A stretch of 64,000 nucleotides of DNA from Thermoanaerobaculia bacterium (GTDB taxonomy: Bacteria; Acidobacteriota; Thermoanaerobaculia; Multivoradales; Multivoraceae), in assembly GCA_963666565.1 (NCBI GenBank), contig OY762911.1:4192001-4256000 (forward strand). Direction: 5' to 3'. The notes beneath the pieces were generated by a model. It worked only from the letters and a program-made list of their open reading frames with translations, was not told the origin of the DNA and ran no database searches. Made by a program: the position numbers and the translations under genes. Below, piece by piece: positions 49,401-61,942 of the stretch (within the stretch, counting starts at the first letter, position 1; each line of letters begins with the position of its first letter).

Positions 49401-52400
49401 CGGCGGAGCTCACGGCGACGGAGGACGACAACGACACGAAGGGCTTCACCTTCTCCGCCTCCAACGTCTCCGTGACGGAGGGCTCCACCGCCACCTACAA
49501 GGTCAAGCTGGCGACCAAGCCGTCCGCCAGCGTCACCGTGACGATTGCGCGAAGCACCACCGGCACCCAGGACGCGGACCTGAGCGTCAAGACCGGCGGC
49601 TCGCTCACCTTCACCACCGACAACTGGGACACCGACCAGACCGTGACGTTGGAGGCCAAGGAAGACGACGACGGCGACGACGGCACGGCCGACATCGCCC
49701 ACACGGCGACCGGCGGCGGCTACGGCAGCGTGACGGGCACGGTGACCGCCACGGAGTCGGACAACGACACCAAGGGCTTCACCTTCTCCGCATCGAACGT
49801 GAGCGTGACTGAGGGCTCGACGGCCACCTACAAGGTCAAGCTGGCGACCAAGCCGTCCGCCAGCGTCACCGTGACGATTGCGCGAAGCACGACGGGCACC
49901 CAGGACGCGGACCTGAGCGTCAAGACCGGCGGCTCGCTCACCTTCACCACCGACAACTGGGACACGGCGCAGACCGTCACGCTGGAGGCCAAGGAAGACG
50001 ACGACGGCGACGCCGGCACGGCCGACATCGCGCACACGGCTGCCGGCGGCGGCTACGGCAGCGCGACGGGCACCGTCACCGCCACCGAGTCGGACAACGA
50101 CACGAAGGGCTTTACCTTCAGCGCGTCGAACGTGTCGGTGACGGAGGGCTCGACGGCGACCTACACGGTCAAGCTGGCGACCGAGCCCTCGGCGAGCGTC
50201 ACGGTCACCGTCGCCCGCAGCACCACCGGCACCCAGGACGCGGACCTGAGCGTCAAGACCGGCGGCTCGCTCACCTTCACCACCGACAACTGGGACACGG
50301 CGCAGACGGTCACGCTGGAGGCGAAGGAGGACGGCGACGGAGACGCCGGCACCGCCGACATCGCCCACACCGCCAGCGGCGGCGGCTACGGAAGCGTCAC
50401 CGGCACCGTCGCGGCGACCGAGGACGACAACGACGCGAAGGGCTTCACCTTCTCGGCGTCCAACGTCTCGGTCACCGAGGGCTCGACCGCCACCTACAAG
50501 GTCAAGCTGGCGACCGAGCCCTCCGCCAGCGTCACCGTGACCGTCGCGCGGAGCACGACCGGCACGCAGGACTCCGATCTGAGCGTCAAGACCGGCGGCT
50601 CGCTCACCTTCACCACCGACAACTGGGACACGGACCAGACGGTGACGCTCGAAGCCAAGGAAGACGGCGACGGCCTCGACGGCACGGCGGTCATCGTCCA
50701 CACCGCCTCCGGCGGCGGGTACGGATCGGTCACCGCCGAGCTGACGGCGACCGAGGACGACAACGACCGAGGACTCACGCTGTCGGCCAACACCGCAACG
50801 GTGACCGAAGGCGCCACCAAGGACTACACCGTCAAGCTCGCCACCAAACCCACCGCCAGCGTCACGGTCACCGTCGCCCGCAAGGCCGCCGGCACGCAGG
50901 ACGCGGACATCAGCGTCAAGACCGGCTCTTCCCTCACCTTCACCACCTCCAACTGGAACACCGCTCAGACCGTCACCCTGGAGGCCAAGGAAGACCACGA
51001 CGGGGACGACGGCACGGCGGTGATCGTGCATACGGCAAGCGGCGGCGGCTACGGCTCCGTTACGGCGGAGCTCACGGCGACGGAGGACGACAACGACACG
51101 AAGGGCTTCACCTTCTCCGCATCGAACGTGAGCGTCACCGAGGGCTCGACCGCCACCTACAAGGTCAAGCTGGCGACCAAGCCGTCCGCCAGCGTCACCG
51201 TGACGGTTGCGCGAAGCACCACCGGCACGCAGGACGCGGACCTGAGCGTCAAGACCGGCGGCTCGCTCACCTTCACCACCGACAACTGGGACACGGACCA
51301 GACCGTGACGTTGGAGGCCAAGGAAGACGACGACGGCGACGACGGCACGGCCGACATCGCCCACACGGCGACCGGCGGCGGCTACGGCAGCGTGACGGGC
51401 ACGGTGACCGCCACGGAGTCGGACAACGACACCAAGGGCTTCACCTTCTCCGCATCGAACGTGAGCGTGACTGAGGGCTCGACGGCCACCTACAAGGTCA
51501 AGCTGGCGACCAAGCCGTCCGCCAGCGTCACCGTGACGATTGCGCGAAGCACCACCGGCACCCAGGACGCGGACCTGAGCGTCAAGACCGGCGGCTCGCT
51601 CACCTTCACCACCGACAACTGGGACACGGCGCAGACCGTCACGCGGAGGCCAAGGAAGACGACGACGGCGACGACGGCACCGCCGACATCGCGCACACCG
51701 CCAGCGGCGGAGGCTACGGAAGCGCGACCGGCACGGTGACCGCCACGGAGTCGGACAACGACACCAAGGGCTTCACCTTCTCCGCATCGAACGTGAGCGT
51801 GACTGAGGGCTCGACGGCCACCTACAAGGTCAAGCTGGCGACCAAGCCGTCCGCCAGCGTCACCGTGACGATTGCGCGAAGCACCACCGGCACCCAGGAC
51901 GCGGACCTGAGTGTGAAGACCGGCGGCTCGCTCACCTTCACCACCGACAACTGGAGCACCGCCCAGACCGTCACGCTGGAGGCGAAGGAGGACGACGACG
52001 GCAACGACGGCACCGCCGACATCTCGCACACCGCCAGCGGCGGAGGCTACGGAAGCGTCACCGGCACGGTGACCGCAACGGAGTCGGACAACGACACCAA
52101 GGGCTTCGCCTTCTCCGCGTCCAACGTCTCCGTGACGGAAGGCTCCACCGCCACCTACAAGGTCAAGCTCAAGACGAAGCCCTCCGCCAGCGTCACCGTG
52201 ACGGTCGCGCGCAGCACGACCGGCACCCAGGACACGGACCTGAGCGTGAAGACCGGCGGCTCGCTGACCTTCACCACCGACAACTGGGACACCGACCAGA
52301 CCGTCACCCTGGAGGCCAAGGAAGACGACGACGGCGACGCTGGCACGGCGGACATCGCGCACACCGCCAGCGGCGGAGGCTACGGCAGCGCGACGGGCAC

Positions 52401-55400
52401 CGTCACCGCCACCGAGTCGGACAACGACACCAAGGGCTTCACCTTCTCTGCGTCGAACGTGTCGGTGACGGAAGGCTCGACGGCCACCTACACGGTGAAG
52501 CTGGCGACCAAGCCGAGTGCGAGCGTCACGGTCACCGTCGCCCGCAGCACCACCGGCACGCAGGACGCCGATCTGAGCGTGAAGACCGGCGGCTCGCTGA
52601 CCTTCACCACCGGCAACTGGAGCACCGCCCAGACGGTGACGCTGGAAGCGAAGGAGGACGACGACGGCAACGACGGTACCGCCGACATCTTGCACACCGC
52701 CAGCGGCGGAGGCTACGGAAGCGCGACGGGCAGCGTCACTGCGACGGAGGACGACAACGACACGAAGGGCTTCACCTTCTCCGCGTCGAACGTGACGGTG
52801 ACGGAGGGCTCGACGGCGACCTACACGGTCAAGCTAGCGACCAAGCCCACGGCCAGCGTTACCGTGACGGTCGCGCGGAGCACGACCGGCACCCAGGACA
52901 CGGACCTGAGCGTCAAGACCGGCGGCTCGCTGACCTTCACCACCGACAACTGGAGCACCGCCCAGACCGTCACGCTGGAGGCGAAGGAGGACGACGACGG
53001 CAACGACGGCACCGCCGACATCTCGCACACCGCCAGCGGCGGAGGCTACGGAAGCGTCACCGGCACAGTCACCGCTACTGAGTCGGACAACGACGCGAAG
53101 GGCTTCACCTTCTCCGCATCGAACGTGAGCGTGACCGAGGGCTCGACGGCGACCTACACGGTCAAGCTCAAGACCGAGCCCACCGCCAGCGTCACCGTGA
53201 CGGTCGCACGCAGCACGACCGGCACCCAGGACTCCGATCTCAGCGTCAAGACCGGCGGCTCGCTCACCTTCACCACCGACAATTGGGACACCGACCAGAC
53301 CGTGACGCTCGAAGCCAAGGAGGACGACGACGGAGACGACGGTACCGCCGACATCTTGCACACCGCCAGCGGCGGAGGCTACGGAAGCGCGACGGGCAGC
53401 GTCACTGCGACGGAGGACGACAACGACACGAAGGGCTTCACCTTCTCCGCGTCGAACGTGACGGTGACGGAGGGCTCAACGGCGACCTACACGGTGAAGC
53501 TGGCAACCAAGCCCACGGCCAGCGTCACCGTGACCGTCGCGCGGAGCACGACCGGCACCCAGGACGCGGACCTGAGCGTCAAGACCGGCGGCTCCCTGAC
53601 GTTCACGACGGGCAACTGGAGCACGGCGCAGACCGTCACGCTGGAGGCCAAGGAAGACGACGACGGCAACGACGGCACCGCCGACATCGCGCACACCGCC
53701 AGCGGCGGAGGCTACGGAAGCGTCACCGGCACGGTGACCGCAACGGAGTCGGACAACGACACCAAGGGCTTCACCTTCTCCGCGTCCAACGTCTCCGTGA
53801 CGGAAGGCTCGACCGCCACCTACAAGGTCAAGCTCAAGACGAAGCCCTCCGCCAGCGTCACCGTGACGGTCGCGCGCAGCACGACCGGCACGCAGGACAC
53901 GGACCTGAGCGTCAAGACCGGCGGCTCGCTCACCTTCACCACCGACAATTGGGACACCGACCAGACCGTCACCCTGGAGGCCAAGGAAGACGACGACGGC
54001 GACGCTGGCACGGCGGACATCGCGCACACCGCCAGCGGCGGAGGCTACGGAAGCGTCACCGGCACAGTCACCGCTACTGAGTCGGACAACGACGCGAAGG
54101 GCTTCACCTTCTCCGCGTCCAACGTTTCGGTCACCGAGGGCTCGACCGCCACCTACAAGGTCAAGCTCAGGACCAAGCCCACGGCCAGCGTCACCGTGAC
54201 GGTCGCACGGAGCACGACCGGCACGCAGGACACGGACCTGAGCGTCAAGACCGGCGGCTCGCTCACCTTCACCACCGACAACTGGGACACCGACCAGACC
54301 GTCACGCTGGAAGCGAAGGAAGACGACGACGGCGACGGCGGCACCGCCGACATCGCCCACACCGCCAGCGGCGGCGGCTACGGCAGCGTGACCGGCAGCA
54401 TCACCGCGACGGAGGACGACAACGACACCAAGGGCTTCACCTTCTCCGCATCGAACGTGAGCGTGACCGAGGGCTCGACGGCCACCTACACGGTGAAGCT
54501 GGCGACCGAGCCCTCGGCGAGCGTCACGGTCACCGTCGCCCGAAGCACGACCGGCACGCAGGACTCGGACCTCAGCGTCAAGACCGGCGGCTCCCTGACG
54601 TTCACGACGGGCAACTGGAGCACGGCCCAGACGGTCACGCTGGAGGCGAAGGAGGACGACGACGGCGACGCCGGCACCGCCGACATCGCCCACACCGCCA
54701 GCGGCGGAGGCTACGGAAGCGTCACCGGCACGGTGACCGCCACGGAGTCGGACAACGACACCAAGGGCTTCACCTTCTCCGCGTCGAACGTGACGGTGAC
54801 TGAGGGCTCGACGGCGACCTACACGGTGAAGCTGGCGACCAAGCCCACGGCCAGCGTCACCGTGACCGTCGCGCGGAGCACGACCGGCACCCAGGACGCG
54901 GACCTGAGCGTCAAGACCGGCGACTCCCTGACGTTCACGACGGGCAACTGGAGCACGGCGCAGACGGTCACGCTGGAGGCGAAGGAGGACGACGACGGCA
55001 ACGACGGCACGGCCGACATCGCGCACACCGCCAGCGGCGGAGGCTACGGCAGCGTCACCGGCACGGTGACCGCAACTGAGTCGGACAACGACACGAAGGG
55101 CTTCACCTTCTCCGCATCGAACGTGAGCGTGACCGAGGGCTCGACGGCCACCTACACGGTGAAGCTGGCGACCGAGCCATCGGCGAGCGTCACCGTGACC
55201 GTCGCCCGAAGCACGACGGGCACCCAGGACGCGGACCTGAGCGTCAAGACCGGCGGCTCGCTCACCTTCACCACCGACAACTGGGACACGGACCAGACCG
55301 TGACGCTCGAGGCCAAGGAAGACGACGACGGCAACGACGGCACCGCCGACATCTCGCACACCGCCAGCGGCGGAGGCTACGGAAGCGTCACCGGCACAGT

Positions 55401-58400
55401 CACCGCTACTGAGTCGGACAACGACACGAAGGGCTTCACGTTCTCCGCATCGAACGTGAGCGTGACCGAGGGCTCGACGGCCACCTACACGGTGAAGCTG
55501 GCGACCGAGCCATCGGCGAGCGTCACGGTGACCGTCGCCCGCAGCACCGCCGGCACCCAGGACTCGGATCTCAGCGTCAAGACCGGCGGCTCGCTCACCT
55601 TCACCACCGACAACTGGGACACCGACCAGACCGTGACGCTCGAGGCCAAGGAAGACGACGACGGCGACGACGGCACGGCCGACATCGCGCACACCGCCAG
55701 CGGCGGAGGCTACGGCAGCGCGACGGGCACCGTCACCGCCACCGAGTCGGACAACGACACAAAGGGCTTCACCTTCTCTGCGTCGAACGTGTCGGTGACG
55801 GAAGGCTCGACGGCCACCTACACGGTGAAGCTGGCGACCAAGCCCACGGCCAGCGTCACCGTGACGGTCGCGCGGAGCACGACCGGCACGCCGGACACGG
55901 ACCTGAGCGTCAAGACCGGCGGCTCGCTGACCTTCACCACCGACAACTGGAGCACCGCCCAGACCGTCACGCTGGAGGCGAAGGAGGACGACGACGGCAA
56001 CGACGGCACCGCCGACATCGCCCACACCGCCAGCGGCGGAGGCTACGGAAGCGTCACCGGCACAGTCACCGCTACTGAGTCGGACAACGACGCCAAGGGC
56101 TTCACCTTCTCCGCATCGAACGTGAGCGTGACCGAGGGCTCGACGGCGACCTACACGGTCAAGCTCAAGACCGAGCCCACCGCCAGCGTCACCGTGACGG
56201 TCGCGCGCAGCACGACCGGCACCCAGGACTCGGATCTCAGCGTCAAGACGGGCGGTACGCTCACATTCACCACCGACAACTGGAACACCGACCAGACCGT
56301 CACCCTGGAGGCGAACGAGGACGACGACGCGGCGGACGGCACGGCGGACATCGCGCACACCGCCAGCGGCGGCGGCTACGGCAGCGTGACCGGCACGGTG
56401 ACCGCCACCGAGTCGGACAACGACACGCCCGGCTTCACCCTCGAATCGACGACCGTGGAGGTCCCCGAAGGCTCCACCGCCAGCTACCAGGTCAAGCTGA
56501 ACGCCGAGCCCAGCGACAGCGTCACTGTCACCGTCGCTCGCAAGTCCGGCAACGAGCACGACTCCGACATCACCGTCAAGACGGGCGGTACGCTCACATT
56601 CACCACCTCCAACTGGAACACCGACCAGACCGTCACCCTCGAAGCCAAGGAAGACGAAGACGCGGTGCCCGGCACCGCCGTCATCCAGCACACGGCCTCC
56701 GGCGGCGGCTACGGCTCCGTCACCGCCGAACTGACGGCCATCGAGTCGGATGACGACGAGCAGAGCTCGCCGCCGGTCACGCTCGCCGCCGCCGACATCA
56801 CGCAGACCACGGCGACGCTCACGCTCACGAACCACTCGGGCAACTGGCGCCACAAGCAGACGAGCCCCTCGGCGGGAGACTGCTCCTCGGCCATCACCGG
56901 CAACACCGCCGATCTGACCGGCCTGAGCCCGGACACCACCTACACATGGAAGGCCTACAGCGACGACAACTGCTCGGCCGAACTCGCCAGCGAGACCTTC
57001 AGGACGGCGGCCCCCGGGCTGAGCGTGACCCTGTCGGCGAGCGCGGTGAGCCCGACGACCGCGATCCTGACGCTCTCCCACCACTCGGACGACTGGCACC
57101 ACAAGTACACGACGCCGGACGGCGGGACCTGCTCCGGCGCGATCGCGCAACCCTCGACGAACGTCGCCGACCTGACGCCGGAGACCGCCTACACGTGGAG
57201 GGCCTACGACGACGCCTCCTGCTCCACGGAGATTGCCGCCGAGACCTTCACCACGCCGCCGCTCGCGCCGCCCCCGTCGCTCCCGCCGCCAGTCCACTTG
57301 CGGGCGTCCGAGATCACGATCACGTCGGTGACCCTGACCTTGGACAACTACGCCGAAGACTGGTGGTACGGCAGCGAACAGGCCGGCATCGCCTGCGACG
57401 CCGCCTCCGGCAACACGGCCTACACGAACGGTCTCATCGCCGACACGTCTTACACCTTTCAGGCCTACGCCGATTCCGGCTGCTCGGCGGAACTGGCCCG
57501 GACGGTCGTCACCACTCTCCCCGCCTCGCCACCGGAGGCGCCGTCGCGCCTGGAAGCGACGCCCGGCCACGCTTCCGTCACGCTGAGATGGGCCTCCGGA
57601 GGCGACGGCGGCGCGCGGATCACCGGATGGCAGTACCGGAAGCAGGTCCAGGGCGCCTCCTCCATGGAAGCCGGCTGGACGCAGATCCCCGGCAGCGGAG
57701 CGAGTACCCGGGAGTTCAAGGCGACCGGGCTCGCCATCGGAACCGCCTACCGGTTCCAGGTATGCGCCACGAATTCCGTCGGCACTGGCGAACCTTCCCC
57801 CGTCTCCGCCGAGGCCGTCCCGATCGACCTGGGGCCAACGGTCGTCGCGCCGCTGTTCGACGTCCGGCTGATCCTGGGCGGCGAGTCTCTGGCGATCGAG
57901 GTGGCGGACTCGTTCGGCGGCGACGGGACGATCTGGGATGCCTCGGTCGAGGATCCGGCGGTCGTCGGAATCCGGCTCGCGGGCTCGACCTTGACGCTGT
58001 CCCCGGCGGGGCTCGGCCGCACCACAGTGACCGTGACGGCCACGAACGACTACGACTCGATCGCCCAGACCTTCGCCGCCGAGGTTCGGGACGCGGCGCC
58101 CTTCGTGAACCGGCAGTTGCCGGACGCTGAGATGCGCATCGACGAACCCACCCTGCGCATCGGCTTGGACGGGGCCTTCGGCGGCACGTCGCTTCGCTAC
58201 GCGGTCTCCTCCTCGGCGCCGGACGTGGCCGACGTCGCCATCGACGGCGAGACGCTCGTCGCGCGGCCCGTCGGCGTCGGCGCCACGGTGATCGGCGTGA
58301 CCGCGTCCAACGACTCGGGCGAAGCGACGCAGACCTTCGAGATCGCCGTGCGCGACGCGCCGCCGCGGGCCATCGACAAGCTGCCGGACGTGCGGTTCTT

Positions 58401-61050
58401 CGTCGGCGACGACCCGGTCCAGGTCGCCCTGGCGTCCGCGTTCGGCGGCACGAATCTCGTCTTCTCGGCCTCCTCGTCCGACTCCACGGTCGTCGCGACG
58501 ACCGTGTCCGTGCCGGCGGACGGCGGCGGCACGCTGACAGTAATGCCGCTGGCGCCGGGACGGGCGACGGTGACCGTCCGCGCCTCGAACGCCGAAGGCG
58601 AAGCCGTCCAGCGCTTCGCCGCGACGGTCGAGGACCGGGCGCCCGTCGCGGTCGGCACGCTGCCGGACCTGATCCTCTTCGCCGGCGGCGGACCGCTGGA
58701 GGTCGATCTGGCGCCCGCGTTCACCGGCACGAACCTCGTCTTCGAGGCGGCCTCGCTCGATCCGGGCATCGCCGAGGTCAATCTCGCCGGCGCGACGCTC
58801 ACGGCATCGCCGGTCCGGGAGGGCCGCACGGAGGTGGTCGTCGCGGCGGCGAACAGCGCCGGACGAGTCGAGCAGCCGTTCGCGGTCTCCGTGATGACGG
58901 ATCCCGCCGAGAGGGCGACGCTTGAGAACGCGCTGGCTGCGGTCGGGCGGGCGACGCTGAGCAGCGTGAACCAAGCTCTCGAGTCCCGGTTCGCCGCGAA
59001 TCGCGACTGCGTGCGGCTGCAGATCCTGGGCCAGGAGATTCCGGTACGGAGCGGCTCGGTCGGCGCTGCCGGCGCGGCGGGCTCGAACGTTGCCGCGGCC
59101 CTGAACGCCGCGACGGACCCGAACGCCGCGGCCGGTCCGAACGGCGCGGCCAGTCCGAACGACACAAGCGCTACTGGCGCGGCCGAAGGCCCGGAAGCTC
59201 ACGTCGCGCAAGCTCCTGGCTCCCCGGACGGTCCGGCCTACGCCGATCCCTGCGGCCAGGGAACGGGCCCGGGTGCGCGGATGCCGCCCGTTGGCCTCGG
59301 ACTCGCCGGCAGAGGCACGGTGCTCGGCCGCTACGGCCCGCAGATCTTCGGTCACTCCTACGGCGGCCAGACCGCCGGGCCGTCCCTCGGCAACGCCTAC
59401 GCCCGCGGCTACCTCGCGACGTCGCTCCAGGCGAGCGGCGCGGGCTACGGCGGCGGTCTCGGCAGCGGCTTCGGGGGAGGTTTCGGCGGCGCCGGCGGAG
59501 GCCTCGGCAGCGGCGTCGGAGGCAGCATGAACGGTGGCTTCGGAGGCGGCCTCGGCGGCATGGGCGCCGGTCTCGGCGCCTACGGCGGCGGCCTCGGGGG
59601 CTATGGAGGCCTCGGGGGTTTCGGCGGCCGGAACCCTGACGATCCGCACTCCGACTCCCGGCGGCACGCTCTGATGACCCTGAACTTCGAGTTACCGCTC
59701 GGTGGCATCGCCTCGCTCGACCCGGCGACGGGCGCCGAGGCGGCCGCGAACGCGAACGTCGGCCCGTCCCGCTCCTGGTCGCTCTGGGGCAGCGGCGACG
59801 TCTTCTCCTTCAGCGGTTCCGAAGAACAGGACGCTTCCTTCAGCGGAGAGTCCCGCAACTTCTACGTCGGCATCGACGGAAACCTGGGCGAGCGCTGGCT
59901 GACCGGGCTCGCCGTCTCCCGCGTCGACGCCCGCGGCGACTATTCCTTCGCTTCCGCGGACGGAGCGAACGGCGGCGCCGGCACCGGCACGCTCCAGGCC
60001 GAACTCACCTCCATCCTCCCCTACGTCCGCTACGACGCCGGCCGGGGCCGCGAGTTCTGGGCGGCGCTCGCCGCCGGCAGCGGCGACGCCCGCCTGCGCC
60101 GCAGGTTCGAGAGCGCCGACTCCCTGCTAGAAGGCAGCGACCTGTCGATGCTGATGGGCGTCGTCGGCGGGCGCTGGGGGCTCGACGCCGGCGGCGCGGT
60201 CGCCCTGGCGCTGATCGGCGACGCCGGCTTCGTCCACTTGGAGACCGGCGACGGCGACCGGGCCGTCGACGGGCTCGCCGTCGACGTATCGACGGTGCGC
60301 CTGGGACTCGAACTCTCGCGCGGCTTCTCCCTGGGCCAGGGCACGGCGACGCCCTTCGGCGAGATCTCGGGTCGTCACGACGGCGGCGACGGCGTGGCCG
60401 GCGCCGGCCTGGAAGTGGCCGGCGGGCTGCGCTACGAGACGAGTTCCGGACGAGTCCAGTTCGAGGCGCAGGCCCGCACACTGGTCCTGCACGACGAGAG
60501 CGGCTACCGGGAGAAGGGCTACTCGCTGACCGCGTCGGTCGAGCCGCGCGCCGGCGGCGGCGGCTTCTCGCTGTCGCTGACGCCGACCTGGGGCCGCGCG
60601 GACACCGGCTCGCTTTTCCAGACCGGGACGTCGGGCTTTTCGTCTCTCGCGGGCGGCGGCCCGCTCGTCGGCGCCGGCATGGAGCAGGAGATGTCCTTCC
60701 AGGCCCGGGCCGGCTACGGCTTCCGGCTGCGCGCGGCCGACGCCCTGCTGACGCCGTTCGGCGAGTTCAGAGCCTACGGGGCGGGGAGCGCGAGTACCCG
60801 AGCGGGGGTGTTCTTCGGGATCGAGCGGCGCCGCTACGTGCTGATGGCGGAGCTCTCGAGCGGCCTCGGCGGCGGCTTCGGCGGAGGTCTCGGCGGCAGC
60901 TACGGGCCGGCGGCGGCCCGAACCGAGGCCGACGTCGCGGGCACCGCCGCCCTCGAACCGACCCGGGACGCGCTGACCCACGCTCTCATCGCGACGATCC
61001 GCTTCATGCCGCCGAGGCCGGCTCTGCCCGAAGCGCAGGCGTCGCCGTAG
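28431..61050 (+). CDS. Giant autotransporter-like adhesin (~10,870 aa if two 1-bp deletions are corrected); appears as three ORFs: 28347-38150, 38147-51739, 51736-61050
   Basis: Signal-like ALALACLSAPWSAVPLAA/Q. FN3 and Cys-pair modules to ~36120, then 62 x ~111-aa repeats, Ig/cadherin-like units (~57835-58900), a linker helix and a beta-barrel (from ~59776). The repeat register continues across both frame breaks. Confidence 0.85.
28459..28549 (+). repeat. Simple sequence repeat (CGCGGAT)13
   Basis: 13 perfect heptamers counted directly. Confidence 0.97.
33360..35140 (+). repeat. 504-bp (168-aa) tandem FN3 + Cys-module units
   Basis: KPGKV codons start at 33360, 33864, 34368 and 34872. Confidence 0.9.
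36125..56757 (+). repeat. 62 tandem 333-bp intragenic repeats (Calx-beta/Ig-like, Thr/Asp-rich)
   Basis: Unit GFTFSASNVSVTEGSTATY...TATE(S/D)DND; 333-bp periodicity, with two 330-bp variants. Confidence 0.95.
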
Positions 61051-61075
61051 CGCAACGCGCGGCGGCGGCCTTCCC

Positions 61076-61218
61076 CTGGGTGCGAGGTTCTTCGGCGCCG
61101 CCCGCGGGCGGCGCCGCGGAGCGGCGCAACCCGGACGACAGGGCCGGCGGCAGCGGGTCGGAAGACCCGCGCACCCAGCGGACCCTACGGCGTCAGCGGG
61201 TCGGAGGAGCGGCCCACC
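61076..61218. repeat. Degenerate family A REPIN plus a degenerate hairpin overlapping the UDG 3' end
   Basis: Intact hairpin 61153-61170; degenerate arms at 61076-61101 and 61196-61218. Confidence 0.75.
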
Positions 61219-61922
61219 GGCAAGGCGGGTAGTTGGACCCCGAGGCGTCGCAGGTCCCGCTCCGCCCGCTCCTCCCAGCCGCGGTTCGCCGCGGGACTGG
61301 CCGGGCTCGGGTGCAGCATCCGGCCGACCGGCAAGTCGAGATCCGCCAGCGCGCGCCGCGCCCGGCCTTCCGCGAACGCGCCGACGCCGACGACGAGCCG
61401 CGGTTCCAGCGCCTCCACGCCCTGGCGCAGCGCCCGGTCGCAGGCCGCGAACAGCGGCGCCTTCTCCCCCGCCGGCAGCCGGTCCGGCGTCAGGTTCGCG
61501 CCGCCCTCAAGAAGGAAGGCGAGCGGACAGTAATTCCAGACCAGGAACCGCTCGAAGAACGCGGCCGGCGTCCCGAAGCGCCGCGCCGCCCAACCCCAGA
61601 CGCGACGGCCGCTGACCTCGCTGCGCGGACAGTCGAAGCCCTGGATCGGCCGCTTCGGGTGCTGGCTGGCGGGCGGCTCCACGCCGTCCGCGATCCCCAG
61701 CCAGTCGCGGACGTGGGCCACCTCGCCGAACGGCACGCCGGTCTGGCTCATGCCCCAGGGGCCCGGGTTCATTCCCAGCAGCAGCACGCGGCCGGGCGCC
61801 GGGCCGGCGAGACGGAGGTAGGCATGGTGAGCCGCCCGCGCGTAGACCAGCGGGTTGTATACGTGCGCGACCGGCGGCCCGAACTCGAGTCCGCCGGCCT
61901 CGCGGGCCAAGTCGTCCGCCAC
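61185..61922 (-). CDS. SMUG1-family (family 3) uracil-DNA glycosylase; start uncertain
   Basis: VYNPLVYA, LGMNPGPWGMSQTGVPFG, SEVSGRR, NYCPL, LHPSPASP. Confidence 0.9.
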   Translation of the reverse strand: MADDLAREAGGLEFGPPVAHVYNPLVYARAAHHAYLRLAGPAPGRVLLLGMNPGPWGMSQTGVPFGEVAHVRDWLGIADGVEPPASQHPKRPIQGFDCPRSEVSGRRVWGWAARRFGTPAAFFERFLVWNYCPLAFLLEGGANLTPDRLPAGEKAPLFAACDRALRQGVEALEPRLVVGVGAFAEGRARRALADLDLPVGRMLHPSPASPAANRGWEERAERDLRRLGVQLPALPVGRSSDPLTP

Positions 61923-61942
61923 CGCGGTCAGTCGCGAACGCC

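Noticed and set aside
38147-51739. Treating the 3267-, 4530- and 3104-aa ORFs as three separate genes
   Set aside because: The breaks fall mid-repeat at single-base deletions, and the downstream ORFs lack signal peptides and SD sites.
36125-56757. Possible CRISPR array or DGR-like repeats
   Set aside because: Units are contiguous coding repeats with no unique spacers; no cas or reverse transcriptase genes and no adenine-specific variation.
35469-59667. Very long antisense ORFs (749, 1844, 849, 1727 and 2063 aa) and the periodic 69-aa reverse ORFs
   Set aside because: Shadows of the GC-rich repetitive sense gene; they follow its 333-bp period and break at the same frameshifts.
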